DNA of 64,000 bases from Bacteroidota bacterium (GTDB lineage Bacteria > Bacteroidota > Bacteroidia > Chitinophagales > Chitinophagaceae): the NCBI GenBank assembly GCA_005882315.1, contig VBAR01000003.1, positions 252,907 to 316,906 on the forward strand. Direction: 5' to 3'. The position numbers and the translations under genes were made by a program. The notes below the pieces were generated by a model, which saw only the letters and a list, made by a program, of their open reading frames with translations, made no database searches and was not told the origin of the DNA. This document shows, piece after piece, positions 29,241-38,599 of the stretch. The stretch's first letter is position 1. Each line of letters begins with the position of its first letter.

Positions 29241-29874
29241 ACACAATTCTTCCTCTTATCGCTTTTGCAACAGCTTCGGATTTGGAATGTACATGCAGTT
29301 TTTTATAAATGTTCTTTATATGAACATTGACAGTTTCTATGCTGATGAAACAGGTGTCAGCAACCATTTTATAACTCATACCTTTTACAAGGCAGGAAAG
29401 AATTTCTTTTTCACGGGGTGAAAGATCGAATGATTCTTTATCGCCGAATGCGGGTTTTTCTTTTATCATTTTTAAAACACGGTTGGCAATAGAAGGGGTC
29501 ATTGGGCTGCCACCTTCATAAATTTCTTTGATGGCCTCCATGATCTCTGCAGGCGAAGTATGTTTTAATATATAACCTTCAGCCCCGGCACAGATTGAAC
29601 TGAATATTTTTTCATCATCATCAAAAATTGTTTCCATCAGAATTTTTATATTGGGATAATCCTCTTTGATCAGCGATACTGCTTCAATACCATTCATTCC
29701 CGGCATTTCAATATCCATCAGCACTACATCTGGTTTTGTCTCCGCAATATTCTTTAAAAGATTATTGCAATTGGGAAATGCGCCGGCACACAAAAAGCCC
29801 GGTGTACCTCCAATCATGGCATTCAGACCTTCACGCAAGCTTCGATTATCTTCAAAAATTACAACCTTGATCAT
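29239..29874 (-). CDS. two-component response regulator, NarL/LuxR family
   Basis: Receiver domain (VVLMDIEMPGMNG with the phospho-acceptor Asp) plus a C-terminal LuxR HTH (LSPREKEILSCLVKGMSYKMVADTCFISIETVNVHIKNIYKKL). Confidence 0.9.
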   Translation of the reverse strand: MIKVVIFEDNRSLREGLNAMIGGTPGFLCAGAFPNCNNLLKNIAETKPDVVLMDIEMPGMNGIEAVSLIKEDYPNIKILMETIFDDDEKIFSSICAGAEGYILKHTSPAEIMEAIKEIYEGGSPMTPSIANRVLKMIKEKPAFGDKESFDLSPREKEILSCLVKGMSYKMVADTCFISIETVNVHIKNIYKKLHVHSKSEAVAKAIRGRIV

Positions 29875-29919
29875 TTCAGTAGTTTTTATTCATGATTGTT
29901 TATGCTCATCCCGGTTGCT

Positions 29920-32900
29920 TTATAGTTTTAATTCAAGTTCAACTCCAGTTCCAAGCCCTGTTGCTGTTTCAATATTTAAACTGGCGCTTATTTCTTCTGC
30001 CCGCCGTTTCATGTTAAGCAGACCATTTCCTTGTGTCTCGGGGCTTATCTTAATGCCTGATCCGTTATCCCGGATCTGTAGAAAGATAGTTTTATTTTTT
30101 TCGGTTAATAAAATGGAGACTCTTGTGGCACCGGAATATTTAACGAGGTTAGTGATCGCTTCTTTAAATACAAGGTAAAAATTTTTGCGTACCTGCATCG
30201 GCAGCGCAATGGAGTTCAATTTTTCATCAGCATCAAAAGTGAACTCAATCTTTTTTGCTTTTAATAACTGGTAAGCAAATGAACGCATCCGGATAATAAT
30301 TTTTTCAAAGGAATCGTTTTCGGGATTGATGGCCCAAACTATATCACTCATGCTTTCAACGATTTTCCGTGAATTCAAACCAATCAGGTCTAATGCCGGT
30401 ATATCTTTTCCTGCTTGTTGTTTTGCTACTTCACTGTAAATCGAAATGCTATTAAGCGTTGATCCGATATCATCATGTAAGTCACTTGCGATATTATTTC
30501 TTATGGTTTGTAAGCGATTCACCTGTTTGATCCGGTACCGGTATATTCCGTACAGAATTGCTGCACCTGCTATCAGCAATAAAAGTATAAACCATATTGT
30601 TTGAGTAAACGGAGGAATAATAGAAATATTGAAAACGGTAATAGCAGTTGAATAATCACCGTAACCATTTCCTGCTCTTACGAGTAACTGGTATTTACCT
30701 GGAGATATCCGTGTAAATGTGAGTTCCGGTTCGCCTTCTATTTTGCTCCAAACAGTATCACCTCCATTGTAGAGAGTATATTCATAGTTAACCTTATCCT
30801 GGTTAAAGATTGAAAGATCTGAAAACCTGAAGTGAAGGCTTCTGTATTTATTATACTTTAACGATAATGCCCGGGTTTGTGTTAATGAATCGAGTGAAAG
30901 GTAACTGTCATCCAATTTTACAAATGAGAAATTCACATTACCTGGTTTTTCAGGATTATTAATGGAATCAAGATTGAAAACAACAAAGCCTTTATTTAAT
31001 GAAGACATGAGTATTATTTCGCCTTTATCATTAAACAACGGCCTGGAATTAAATTGAGAAAGTTTCCATTTGAAATCCTCATTTAATGAAAGCTTTTTAT
31101 GTTTCCCCGAAATTGTATTCAACAGGTTAATTTCATCAGGAGTAACATGACATATCCAGTTATTATATATGCCTGAGCCCATCTGGAAATCTGTCGGGAG
31201 TTTGTTATTAAACAAATCAACATACCGTGTAATAGAATCAGTAAATGGATTTACCAGTAATACAGAAAAAGATTGCTGAAGATAGATCCGGCTTGAATCA
31301 AAATTATAGATATCAAAAACACCACCTGGAATTTCACATCCCTCCCGTTCCCAGCAACTTTTAAAAATCTTTTCAACCTTTTTCGCCTTGAGGTTGATTT
31401 TATATAATTCCCGTGTGTGAATAAAATCAATCCAGAAAGTTGAGCTGTTTTTATGCAAGACAGTCGGGTAATCATATCCTTTAATAAGTTCTATTTTATA
31501 CTCTCCCTTTTCATCCGGCTTACATATGTATAGTGAATCCAGGCTGTTTTTCCCCGGTTCATAGGAATACAAATAGCCATTGGAAAATAGCCAGTACTTG
31601 TTGTCTGCATCCGGGGCTCCATAATACAATACCCGTTTTGAAAAATCAGGTTTGATCTCTTCTGTTCTTAATGTTTTCAGATCAACTTTAAAATCCCTTA
31701 CTACGCCTGTCCTGAAATTGAGTGGTTCCATTTTGTCTGTCAGGAATGCGATATAAAAAGTATCGGGATTAAAAACTGTATTAAAATAGGCGGGATATTT
31801 TTTCCACTGATCATTAAACAATGTTTTTATTATATGCAAATTGTTATCAAAGCAGATCAGTTTAGGCCTGCCTGCATTTTTCTGAAGCAGGAAATAATTA
31901 TTGTTCTTACCTTTTTCGAAGAATATCGTTTTTCTCGATTTTATGTTTTCATAATCGGGAGCTTCTATCCCGGTTGACAGGGTATCAATCGGGATCTGCC
32001 GTACCAGCGGGTTTCTTTTTTTTATTACTGATAAACCGTTATCCCCGGATAGCCAGATAAGATTATCGTTTTGTTTTCTGTTTTTGATTGCACCGGTTTC
32101 TATATAAAAAGAATTCAATTTACCGAGCGGTAAAAGCTCCGGATCATTGACAAGGTATTCAAACAGATGGATATCGTTATTTAACTTTACAAGATATTTT
32201 TCTCCGACAATCACCCAACTGTTTTTATCTCTGTCATTTTTTACAGTTTGAATACTATATCTTTTTGTTGTGTTTGTATCGGCCTTTACCAGCAGATCCC
32301 CGGTAAATGTGAAGAATATATTTCGGCCTGTAGCTAAAGATATGTTCTCCAATATTCCGGAAGGCCCGGAGGAAAGCCAGATAGTATTATCTTTTTCAGA
32401 GTACGTTATGCCTGTTATATTACGTCCTCTAAATCTTTTTGCAGGGAAAAATGGAAGTTCATCTTTCCATGAACGGCTTATTTCACCGGTGGATATGTTA
32501 TAATGCCATATCCCTTTTTTATCAGTAGTAAGTCCCCAGTAATTTCCTTCTTTATCCCTTGTTACATCTAGTTCATCACCATCAGTTGCTACCTCTGTTT
32601 CATTAGTGCTATCAATACGAATGTGTTTCAGCGCTGCTGTCTTCCAATTCAAAATATAAAACCCTTTTTCCAGGATTGAAACAAAAAGAAAATGGTTATC
32701 TCCTTTATAAGCACAATTAGCTGAGTACGGCATTCCGGTTAGTTGTGGAAACTTTTGTTTTAGAGGAATAAAACTTTCTGATTGCTTATCAAAAACAAAA
32801 AAACCATCTGATGTTCCCAGCCAGACAACGCCATCGTCTGAAAGCTCAATTTCATTAACACGGAGAGAAATGCTTTTGCTATCAGGAGTTTTGAATGTAT

Positions 32901-33123
32901 ATGGTTTCCAGCTTACTCCATCAAACGAAGAGATATGTGAATTGTTTTGAAACCAGCAAAGACCATTGTTGTCAATTAAAATCTCTCTTAAGTTGTTACT
33001 GAATTCCCTGGTGCCATCCAGCATTGTTACCACATAACCATCATTTACATTCTTAACGGGAAAAGATTGAGCTGAACAAATACAACTAACAAGCATAACA
33101 AAAAAGTAAGCTGGCCTCTTCAT
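29920..33123 (-). CDS. sensor histidine kinase with a large periplasmic beta-propeller / Y_Y_Y-type sensor region
   Basis: 1067 aa. Signal peptide and a long extracytoplasmic repeat region, then one TM helix (IWFILLLLIAGAAILYGIY). HisKA_3-type H-box (ASDLHDDIGSTL) and HATPase (RDNGSGI...GNGLLNMKRRAEE). Confidence 0.9.
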   Translation of the reverse strand: MKRPAYFFVMLVSCICSAQSFPVKNVNDGYVVTMLDGTREFSNNLREILIDNNGLCWFQNNSHISSFDGVSWKPYTFKTPDSKSISLRVNEIELSDDGVVWLGTSDGFFVFDKQSESFIPLKQKFPQLTGMPYSANCAYKGDNHFLFVSILEKGFYILNWKTAALKHIRIDSTNETEVATDGDELDVTRDKEGNYWGLTTDKKGIWHYNISTGEISRSWKDELPFFPAKRFRGRNITGITYSEKDNTIWLSSGPSGILENISLATGRNIFFTFTGDLLVKADTNTTKRYSIQTVKNDRDKNSWVIVGEKYLVKLNNDIHLFEYLVNDPELLPLGKLNSFYIETGAIKNRKQNDNLIWLSGDNGLSVIKKRNPLVRQIPIDTLSTGIEAPDYENIKSRKTIFFEKGKNNNYFLLQKNAGRPKLICFDNNLHIIKTLFNDQWKKYPAYFNTVFNPDTFYIAFLTDKMEPLNFRTGVVRDFKVDLKTLRTEEIKPDFSKRVLYYGAPDADNKYWLFSNGYLYSYEPGKNSLDSLYICKPDEKGEYKIELIKGYDYPTVLHKNSSTFWIDFIHTRELYKINLKAKKVEKIFKSCWEREGCEIPGGVFDIYNFDSSRIYLQQSFSVLLVNPFTDSITRYVDLFNNKLPTDFQMGSGIYNNWICHVTPDEINLLNTISGKHKKLSLNEDFKWKLSQFNSRPLFNDKGEIILMSSLNKGFVVFNLDSINNPEKPGNVNFSFVKLDDSYLSLDSLTQTRALSLKYNKYRSLHFRFSDLSIFNQDKVNYEYTLYNGGDTVWSKIEGEPELTFTRISPGKYQLLVRAGNGYGDYSTAITVFNISIIPPFTQTIWFILLLLIAGAAILYGIYRYRIKQVNRLQTIRNNIASDLHDDIGSTLNSISIYSEVAKQQAGKDIPALDLIGLNSRKIVESMSDIVWAINPENDSFEKIIIRMRSFAYQLLKAKKIEFTFDADEKLNSIALPMQVRKNFYLVFKEAITNLVKYSGATRVSILLTEKNKTIFLQIRDNGSGIKISPETQGNGLLNMKRRAEEISASLNIETATGLGTGVELELKL

Positions 33124-33329
33124 ATCCTAAAGGTATCTGAATATTTCCCTGTTTTCAATAACGTGAATATGGTATTCCTGTACCCGTCGGCGGTAGAAAT
33201 AACGTTTTTTGGTTATTGACTTCGGATACTGATGTTATCATTTTTGTGATGAATAGCCACTGTCAAAAACCAATCAACCAATACCGGCTAATCATGTAAT
33301 TAATTTCTTCATTTTTTAAAAAATTATTT

Positions 33330-34391
33330 ATGAAACAAAAATTATCCCAGCTATTGCTTATGAGCTCAATTGTATTGCTCATAGTTTCCTGTAAGAAATC
33401 CATTGAAAAACCCTTTTACCAGGAAAAGGCCAAAGCAGCACCATCCTCTGAATTACAATCAACATCTCTTGAATCAGGACCGTCACGGGCATTTAGTATC
33501 AACAATTCCGGTGCTATCGCTGGTTCAGCAACTGATCCTGATGGAAAGATCAAAGCTTTTAATTTAAAGAACAACGATCTCTGGTATTCTACTGACGAAG
33601 TAAAGCCTAATGGTCTTCCTGAAATTAAATTTTCTATCAACGAGCCCGGTGATATTGCCGGATCAAAGATCAGCGGTACTGGTATTTTACCAATGCTATG
33701 GAGACATGGGCAGGCTTATGAGTTAAGTCCACTACCGGGCCAGCAATTCGGTGAAGTATATGATATTAATAATTCAGGAGTGATGGTTGGCGAATCGTTG
33801 AATGGAAATTTTGTTACACCTACTACAATGCGTGCCACTGTTTTTTCTCTTGAAGGAGATCCTATTGATCTCGGCACATTGGGTGGGACAAAAGCATCTG
33901 CTGCTTCTATAAATGATTTTGGTCATATCGTTGGTGTTGCAGATAATGCACTTAATCAACAAAGGGCATTTTTATACAAAGACGGAGTAATGCAGGACCT
34001 CGGAACATTGGGCGGTATAGCTTCAAATGCCAATGCCATAAATAATTATGGCGAAATTGCAGGACGTTCCCTTTTATCCAATGGTGCAATACGGGCATTC
34101 TTGTATAAAGAAGGTGTAATGTATGATTTGGGAACATTAGGTGGCGCTGCCAGTGTAGCATTCGGTATAAATGATAAAGGAGAAGTGGTTGGATTTGCAA
34201 GAATAGCTACCGGTCAGGCACATGCATTTTTATATAAAGATGGTGTGATGTATGATTTGGGCACAAATGGAGGAACAGAAAGCAGGGCTTATGGAATTAA
34301 TAACAGGGGAGATGTGGTAGGACAGTATACAAATGCAGATGGCAGTGTGCATGGATTTGTTTACCGTGACGGGCAGATGTATTCATTATAA
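33330..34391 (+). CDS. HAF-family extracellular repeat lipoprotein
   Basis: Lipobox LIVSC. About 7 repeats of the LGTLGG..S.A.GINN.G.VVG...AFLY.DG.M.D type (HAF repeat pattern). Confidence 0.8.
   Translation: MKQKLSQLLLMSSIVLLIVSCKKSIEKPFYQEKAKAAPSSELQSTSLESGPSRAFSINNSGAIAGSATDPDGKIKAFNLKNNDLWYSTDEVKPNGLPEIKFSINEPGDIAGSKISGTGILPMLWRHGQAYELSPLPGQQFGEVYDINNSGVMVGESLNGNFVTPTTMRATVFSLEGDPIDLGTLGGTKASAASINDFGHIVGVADNALNQQRAFLYKDGVMQDLGTLGGIASNANAINNYGEIAGRSLLSNGAIRAFLYKEGVMYDLGTLGGAASVAFGINDKGEVVGFARIATGQAHAFLYKDGVMYDLGTNGGTESRAYGINNRGDVVGQYTNADGSVHGFVYRDGQMYSL
33870..34388 (+). repeat. four well-conserved tandem ~43-codon (~129-nt) HAF repeat units inside the CDS
   Basis: aa 181-353: LGTLGGTKASAASINDFGHIVG..., LGTLGGIASNANAINNYGEIAG..., LGTLGGAASVAFGINDKGEVVG..., LGTNGGTESRAYGINNRGDVVG... 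Confidence 0.7.
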
Positions 34392-34417
34392 ATATTAACT
34401 GAAGAGTAAATTATTGA

Positions 34418-34446
34418 AGTCTGGTATTCACCGGACTTTTTTATTT
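34418..34446 (+). terminator. rho-independent terminator after the HAF-repeat gene
   Basis: agtctggt / attc / accggact (one G-U pair) followed by tttttt-a-tttt. Confidence 0.65.
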
Positions 34447-34502
34447 TAGTAAAATGTTAAGCCCCTAAAAATTTGGGCCGATATAACTTATAAAACTAAA
34501 TT

Positions 34503-34847
34503 ATGATCGCAGCCAGAACAATTCTGCTATTAATCGCATCCAACATCTTTATGACCTTTGCCTGGTATTATCATTTAAAACAACAAGGCTGGTCGTTATC
34601 GAAAGCAATACTGATAAGCTGGGGCATAGCTCTATTTGAGTATATCCTGATGGTGCCGGCTAACCGCATCGGTTTTGAAAAAGGAATGACAGGTTTCCAG
34701 TTAAAGATCACACAAGAAGTAATTACATTGGTTGTATTCGCAATATTTGCTGTATTCTACCTGAAAGAGCCATTTCATTGGAAATACCTGGTGAGCTTTG
34801 TATTCCTGTTGCTGGCAGTGTTCTTTATGTTTACCAAGAAATTTTAA
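34503..34847 (+). CDS. DMT-superfamily small membrane protein (DUF486-like)
   Basis: 114 aa with four predicted TM helices. The N-terminus LLLIASNIFMTFAWYYHLK matches my memory of the DUF486 family. Confidence 0.7.
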   Translation: MIAARTILLLIASNIFMTFAWYYHLKQQGWSLSKAILISWGIALFEYILMVPANRIGFEKGMTGFQLKITQEVITLVVFAIFAVFYLKEPFHWKYLVSFVFLLLAVFFMFTKKF

Positions 34848-34852
34848 TTGAT

Positions 34853-35125
34853 CTAATGATCGGCCGGCCTGGATTTTTGCATTTCCCTTGATTGCTGCCT
34901 GCGGATCATATCATTTTTCGTTTTGTGAACTGCTGCAGATATCATGAAATACAGGCCAGTATTGAATAATATAGCAGTACCAAGCCCCCAGAAGTACCAA
35001 TCCTCACTTTTCAGCGGTTTATATACGTTCACGAAATAAAAGAAGATTAAAAAAGTAGCACCAATAATAAATGCAAAACCGATCAGGAGTTTTGTAAAGA
35101 ATTTTTCGCTGTGTCCGCTTGCCAT
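34853..35125 (-). CDS. small two-TM membrane protein, hypothetical
   Basis: 90-aa ORF with two hydrophobic helices and a basic C-terminus. Confidence 0.5.
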   Translation of the reverse strand: MASGHSEKFFTKLLIGFAFIIGATFLIFFYFVNVYKPLKSEDWYFWGLGTAILFNTGLYFMISAAVHKTKNDMIRRQQSREMQKSRPADH

Positions 35126-35252
35126 AAATGGATGTTTTTATAAGATAATTAGAAAGTTGTAAAAATAGGGGAAAATAATATTTTGTTAAGCTATCAGATG
35201 AATTACATTACAGAAATAAACAATAAATATTTTTGTAAGCAGAAATACAACC

Positions 35253-35840
35253 ATGAAAAGAATAATTTCAACCGGCATTTTTGTTTTCCTTGTTACATTT
35301 TTGATTGCCCAGCAAAGTCCTGAAGGATTGTTTCCGGGTGCAAAAGCTCCTGATTTCACCGGCTTTGATCAGAACGGCAATGAAATAAAACTAAAGGACC
35401 TCGCAAAGAAAGGGCCTGTCGTATTGGTCTTTTACCGCGGTTATTGGTGTCCTTACTGTAATAAAGCATTGAAGCGACTGGAAGACTCATTGCAACTGAT
35501 AACTGATAAAGGAGCAACGGTTATTGCCGTAACTCCGGAGATAAATTCAAATATTGACAGTACCGTTAAAAAAACAGGTGCAGAGTTTTCTATCCTTCAT
35601 GATAAGGATATGAAAATTATGAAAGCCTATAATGTGGCTTTTGAAGTACCCGAGAATACGGTGACACGTTATCGTAATGCTGGTTTGGATTTTACGAAAC
35701 TAAATGGTGAGAACGGAACCAACCTGCCTGTACCGGCAGTTTATATCATCGATAAACAACGGGATGTGATCTGGAGATATTTTGAAACCGATTATAAGAA
35801 AAGACCTTCCATACAGGCGATAATTGACAATATCAAGTAA
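35253..35840 (+). CDS. peroxiredoxin-like (AhpC/TSA-redoxin family) protein
   Basis: Signal/anchor segment. Thioredoxin-fold motif VLVFYRGYWCPYCNKAL. Confidence 0.8.
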   Translation: MKRIISTGIFVFLVTFLIAQQSPEGLFPGAKAPDFTGFDQNGNEIKLKDLAKKGPVVLVFYRGYWCPYCNKALKRLEDSLQLITDKGATVIAVTPEINSNIDSTVKKTGAEFSILHDKDMKIMKAYNVAFEVPENTVTRYRNAGLDFTKLNGENGTNLPVPAVYIIDKQRDVIWRYFETDYKKRPSIQAIIDNIK

Positions 35841-35848
35841 GCAGTTTA

Positions 35849-36916
35849 TTATAAAATCAATTTTCCAATCCTTCCATTTCCACCGGCAAAGAAAACAGCT
35901 GTTCCATTCTTTGCTTTGCGGCATACATTAAAACTTTCTTTGTTGATGCCAGCCCAGTTCATACCACCATCGGTTGAGTAATCAACACCAGTAAGTCCGC
36001 ATGTAACCAATTGTTTTGTTGAAATGAATTCTACTGAACTTCTATAACCATTTGGAGGAGTAATGGGTTTCTTCCACGTTTTACCACCATCATTAGAAAA
36101 AACACAATTCTTTTCGGATGATGATGCTTTAAGATAATCACCGGCAACAACCATTATTATTTTACCACCTTTTTTCTTTCCGTTATCAGCAATAGCGACT
36201 GAGTTGGCCCCGGTCATTTGGCCACCTTGTATCACTGGCAGATCAATAGGTTTATTTTTTGAAAACAATCTTGATCTTAATCCACCGCTTACAAATACAG
36301 CTTCGCTTCTGTTTGCTGCCCGGATATTCGTACCACTTGCTGCAAAAAATGCTTCACCACTATCTGCAACAGGCCTTTTATCAAAAGGGATTTCCTGCCA
36401 ACTGCTTCCGCCATCAAATGTTCTGGCAATAAAAAATCTTCCATCAATGGGATCGCCGATCACAATACCACTTTGTTCATTCCAGAATTCCATAGCGTCA
36501 AGAAACATTCCCTTTGTTTTATTTTCATACACTACTTTCCATGTTTCTCCGCCATTATTCGTTTTTAAAATATAAGCAGGAGCATCAACTGACATAATGA
36601 TCGCTGTAGCTCCGTCAAATGCCTCTATATCCCGAAAATCAGCTTTCAGTTTCATTGAATCATCCGGAATAAATTTTTTCGCATTATACCAGTTCCATGT
36701 TTTACCTGCATCATTGCTGCGGCCAACCATACCATTACTACCGCTTACCCAAACGATATTATCATTCACCACACTCAATCCGCGGATGCTTACTTTATTA
36801 CCGCTGTGCAGCATCTCTACTGTTGGTGTTTGTGATTTGCTATGCAGACTGAAAAAAGCAGCGATAAAAAGCACCAATTGACCGAAGATTTTTATCATAC
36901 GGAATGATTTTTGCAA
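35849..36916 (-). CDS. BNR/Asp-box repeat beta-propeller protein (Ycf48-like / sialidase-fold)
   Basis: Five SxDxGxTW-type Asp-boxes (SNDAGKTWNW, TNNGGETWKV, TFDGGSSWQE, SNDGGKTWKK, STDGGMNWAG). An alternative start at 36898 (MIKIFGQ...) is possible. Confidence 0.8.
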   Translation of the reverse strand: MQKSFRMIKIFGQLVLFIAAFFSLHSKSQTPTVEMLHSGNKVSIRGLSVVNDNIVWVSGSNGMVGRSNDAGKTWNWYNAKKFIPDDSMKLKADFRDIEAFDGATAIIMSVDAPAYILKTNNGGETWKVVYENKTKGMFLDAMEFWNEQSGIVIGDPIDGRFFIARTFDGGSSWQEIPFDKRPVADSGEAFFAASGTNIRAANRSEAVFVSGGLRSRLFSKNKPIDLPVIQGGQMTGANSVAIADNGKKKGGKIIMVVAGDYLKASSSEKNCVFSNDGGKTWKKPITPPNGYRSSVEFISTKQLVTCGLTGVDYSTDGGMNWAGINKESFNVCRKAKNGTAVFFAGGNGRIGKLIL

Positions 36917-37049
36917 ACCTAGCGGAATTGATACAAATTAAATGTGGTTTTAACCTGGAAATACAGGGGAAAAAACAACAAAGCCCTGTTAGTTACGTTC
37001 CGTAAATAAGTCTTATTTTTAGCACCTTATATTTTTTAATTCTGTAGTT

Positions 37050-38531
37050 ATGAATAAACTATTCGTTGGACTTGTTCTTTTTTTATCTGTTTTGTTTTTT
37101 GCCTGTCAGAAGGAGGTGAGTTTTGAATTGGATGGCACTCCTGCACAAGGTTCTCTGCAGGAAGATGGAGGCGGTTTATGTTTACCTAAAACTGTAAATG
37201 GATCCTATGTGGCCGGTACTGCGTTGGTTCCAGCTACCAATACGATCACTGTGGACATAAATGTGGCCACCGCCGGTACTTATAATATTTACACAGATAC
37301 CATTAATGGCTATCATTTCTACGGTACCGGAAATTTTACTGCCAATGGTATGCAAACTATTACATTAAGTGGAAGCGGTACTCCACTTGTACAGGGTAAC
37401 AATGTATTTACTGTATTTTTTGACAGCACTGAATGTGATATAACTGTACAAGTATTGCCGGCAGGTGCAGGCGGGCCAGCAGTATTCGCATTAGCTGGTG
37501 CAGGTGGTGCTTGTACTACACCGGTAATAGCAGGCAATTATATTATCGGCACTGCCTTAGGCAGCTCCAACACTGTAACATTATCGGTGAATGTGACTAC
37601 GATCGGCACTTACAATGTAACTACAACGGCTGTGAATGGAATGACCTTTTCTTCCGGGCCGGGAACCTTTACAGCAACAGGTGCTCAAACAATAGTACTG
37701 ACAGGCTCGGGTACGCCTACGGGGACAGCGGGTGTATCTAACATTCCTGTTACAGCCGGAACATCTACATGTAATTTTCAAATAACAACAACCGCAGGCT
37801 CAGTTTTCTCCTTCAATTGTGCAAGCGCAGTAGTAAACGGAACCTACCAGGCTGGTACACTTTTAAATGCAAGCAATACGGTTAATGTGAATGTGAATGT
37901 AACTACAGCGGGCCCCTACAATATCAGTACAACATCTACGAACGGAATGGTTTTTACAGCTTCCGGCACCTTTGCAAGTACGGGTTCAAACCCAATACAA
38001 TTAATTGGAAGTGGAACTCCCGTTGCTGCGGGCACATCTAATATTCCCACACCGGGTACGCCAAGCTGCACATTCCCTGTTACTGTTGTTGCGGCCGCAA
38101 GTGTTACATGGAAATTTACAGTAGGCGCTACTACTTACCAGGGTGTTAATGATTCGATCAGTTATGATAATACTACTGCGCCGCCATTGATATTAGTGGA
38201 TCATTATGGCACCAATGCAGCATCAGATCTTTATAATCTTGCATTTCTCGATATAGCAGGAGGAGTAACTGCAAATGAAACTTATAATTCAAATGTGAAT
38301 CTTGCGACTACATTGGCAAATGCAGGATATTTTTATTATTTCGGTGGGGGGATAGAATTGGAAGCAGCTGACCCTACAGCAACACCAGGTGTGAATATCA
38401 TTATTAAAGTAACCAGTCACAATACAGCTACCAAAACGATAATAGGTACATTTAGCGGTACTGCGCATGATTACACTTCGAATACAACAAAAACAGTTTC
38501 CAACGGATCGTTTACGATAGTCTATCCATAA
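37050..38531 (+). CDS. lipoprotein with three tandem Ig-like Cys-bracketed repeats plus a distinct C-terminal domain
   Basis: Lipobox FFAC. There are three units of about 95-100 aa, followed by an unrelated C-terminus of about 145 aa. Confidence 0.7.
   Translation: MNKLFVGLVLFLSVLFFACQKEVSFELDGTPAQGSLQEDGGGLCLPKTVNGSYVAGTALVPATNTITVDINVATAGTYNIYTDTINGYHFYGTGNFTANGMQTITLSGSGTPLVQGNNVFTVFFDSTECDITVQVLPAGAGGPAVFALAGAGGACTTPVIAGNYIIGTALGSSNTVTLSVNVTTIGTYNVTTTAVNGMTFSSGPGTFTATGAQTIVLTGSGTPTGTAGVSNIPVTAGTSTCNFQITTTAGSVFSFNCASAVVNGTYQAGTLLNASNTVNVNVNVTTAGPYNISTTSTNGMVFTASGTFASTGSNPIQLIGSGTPVAAGTSNIPTPGTPSCTFPVTVVAAASVTWKFTVGATTYQGVNDSISYDNTTAPPLILVDHYGTNAASDLYNLAFLDIAGGVTANETYNSNVNLATTLANAGYFYYFGGGIELEAADPTATPGVNIIIKVTSHNTATKTIIGTFSGTAHDYTSNTTKTVSNGSFTIVYP
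37179..38087 (+). repeat. three tandem ~300-nt coding repeats
   Basis: The units span aa 44-135, 155-247 and 257-346. Each starts with Cys and carries G(T/N)Y..GTAL...NT.T..VNVTT.GTYN..T...NG..F...G.F.A.G.Q.I.L.GSGTP. Each ends in C.(I/F).(V/I)T. Confidence 0.75.
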
Positions 38532-38546
38532 AGAAAATCTTATAAA

Positions 38547-38580
38547 ATAAAAAAGGCCGGTTGCAAAACCGGCCTTTTTT
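38547..38580. terminator. bidirectional rho-independent terminator
   Basis: A-run, then ggccggtt / gcaa / aaccggcc, then tttttt. It lies between two convergent genes. Confidence 0.75.
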
Positions 38581-38599
38581 ATTGGAATGAGTTATAGCC

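Noticed and set aside
29666-30178. 170-aa plus-strand ORF spanning the response regulator / histidine kinase junction
   Set aside because: It is antisense to two well-supported genes, it crosses their intergenic gap, and no motif is recognisable.
36204-36881. 123-aa and 94-aa plus-strand ORFs
   Set aside because: Both are antisense inside the BNR/Asp-box propeller gene, which has five clean Asp-boxes on the minus strand.
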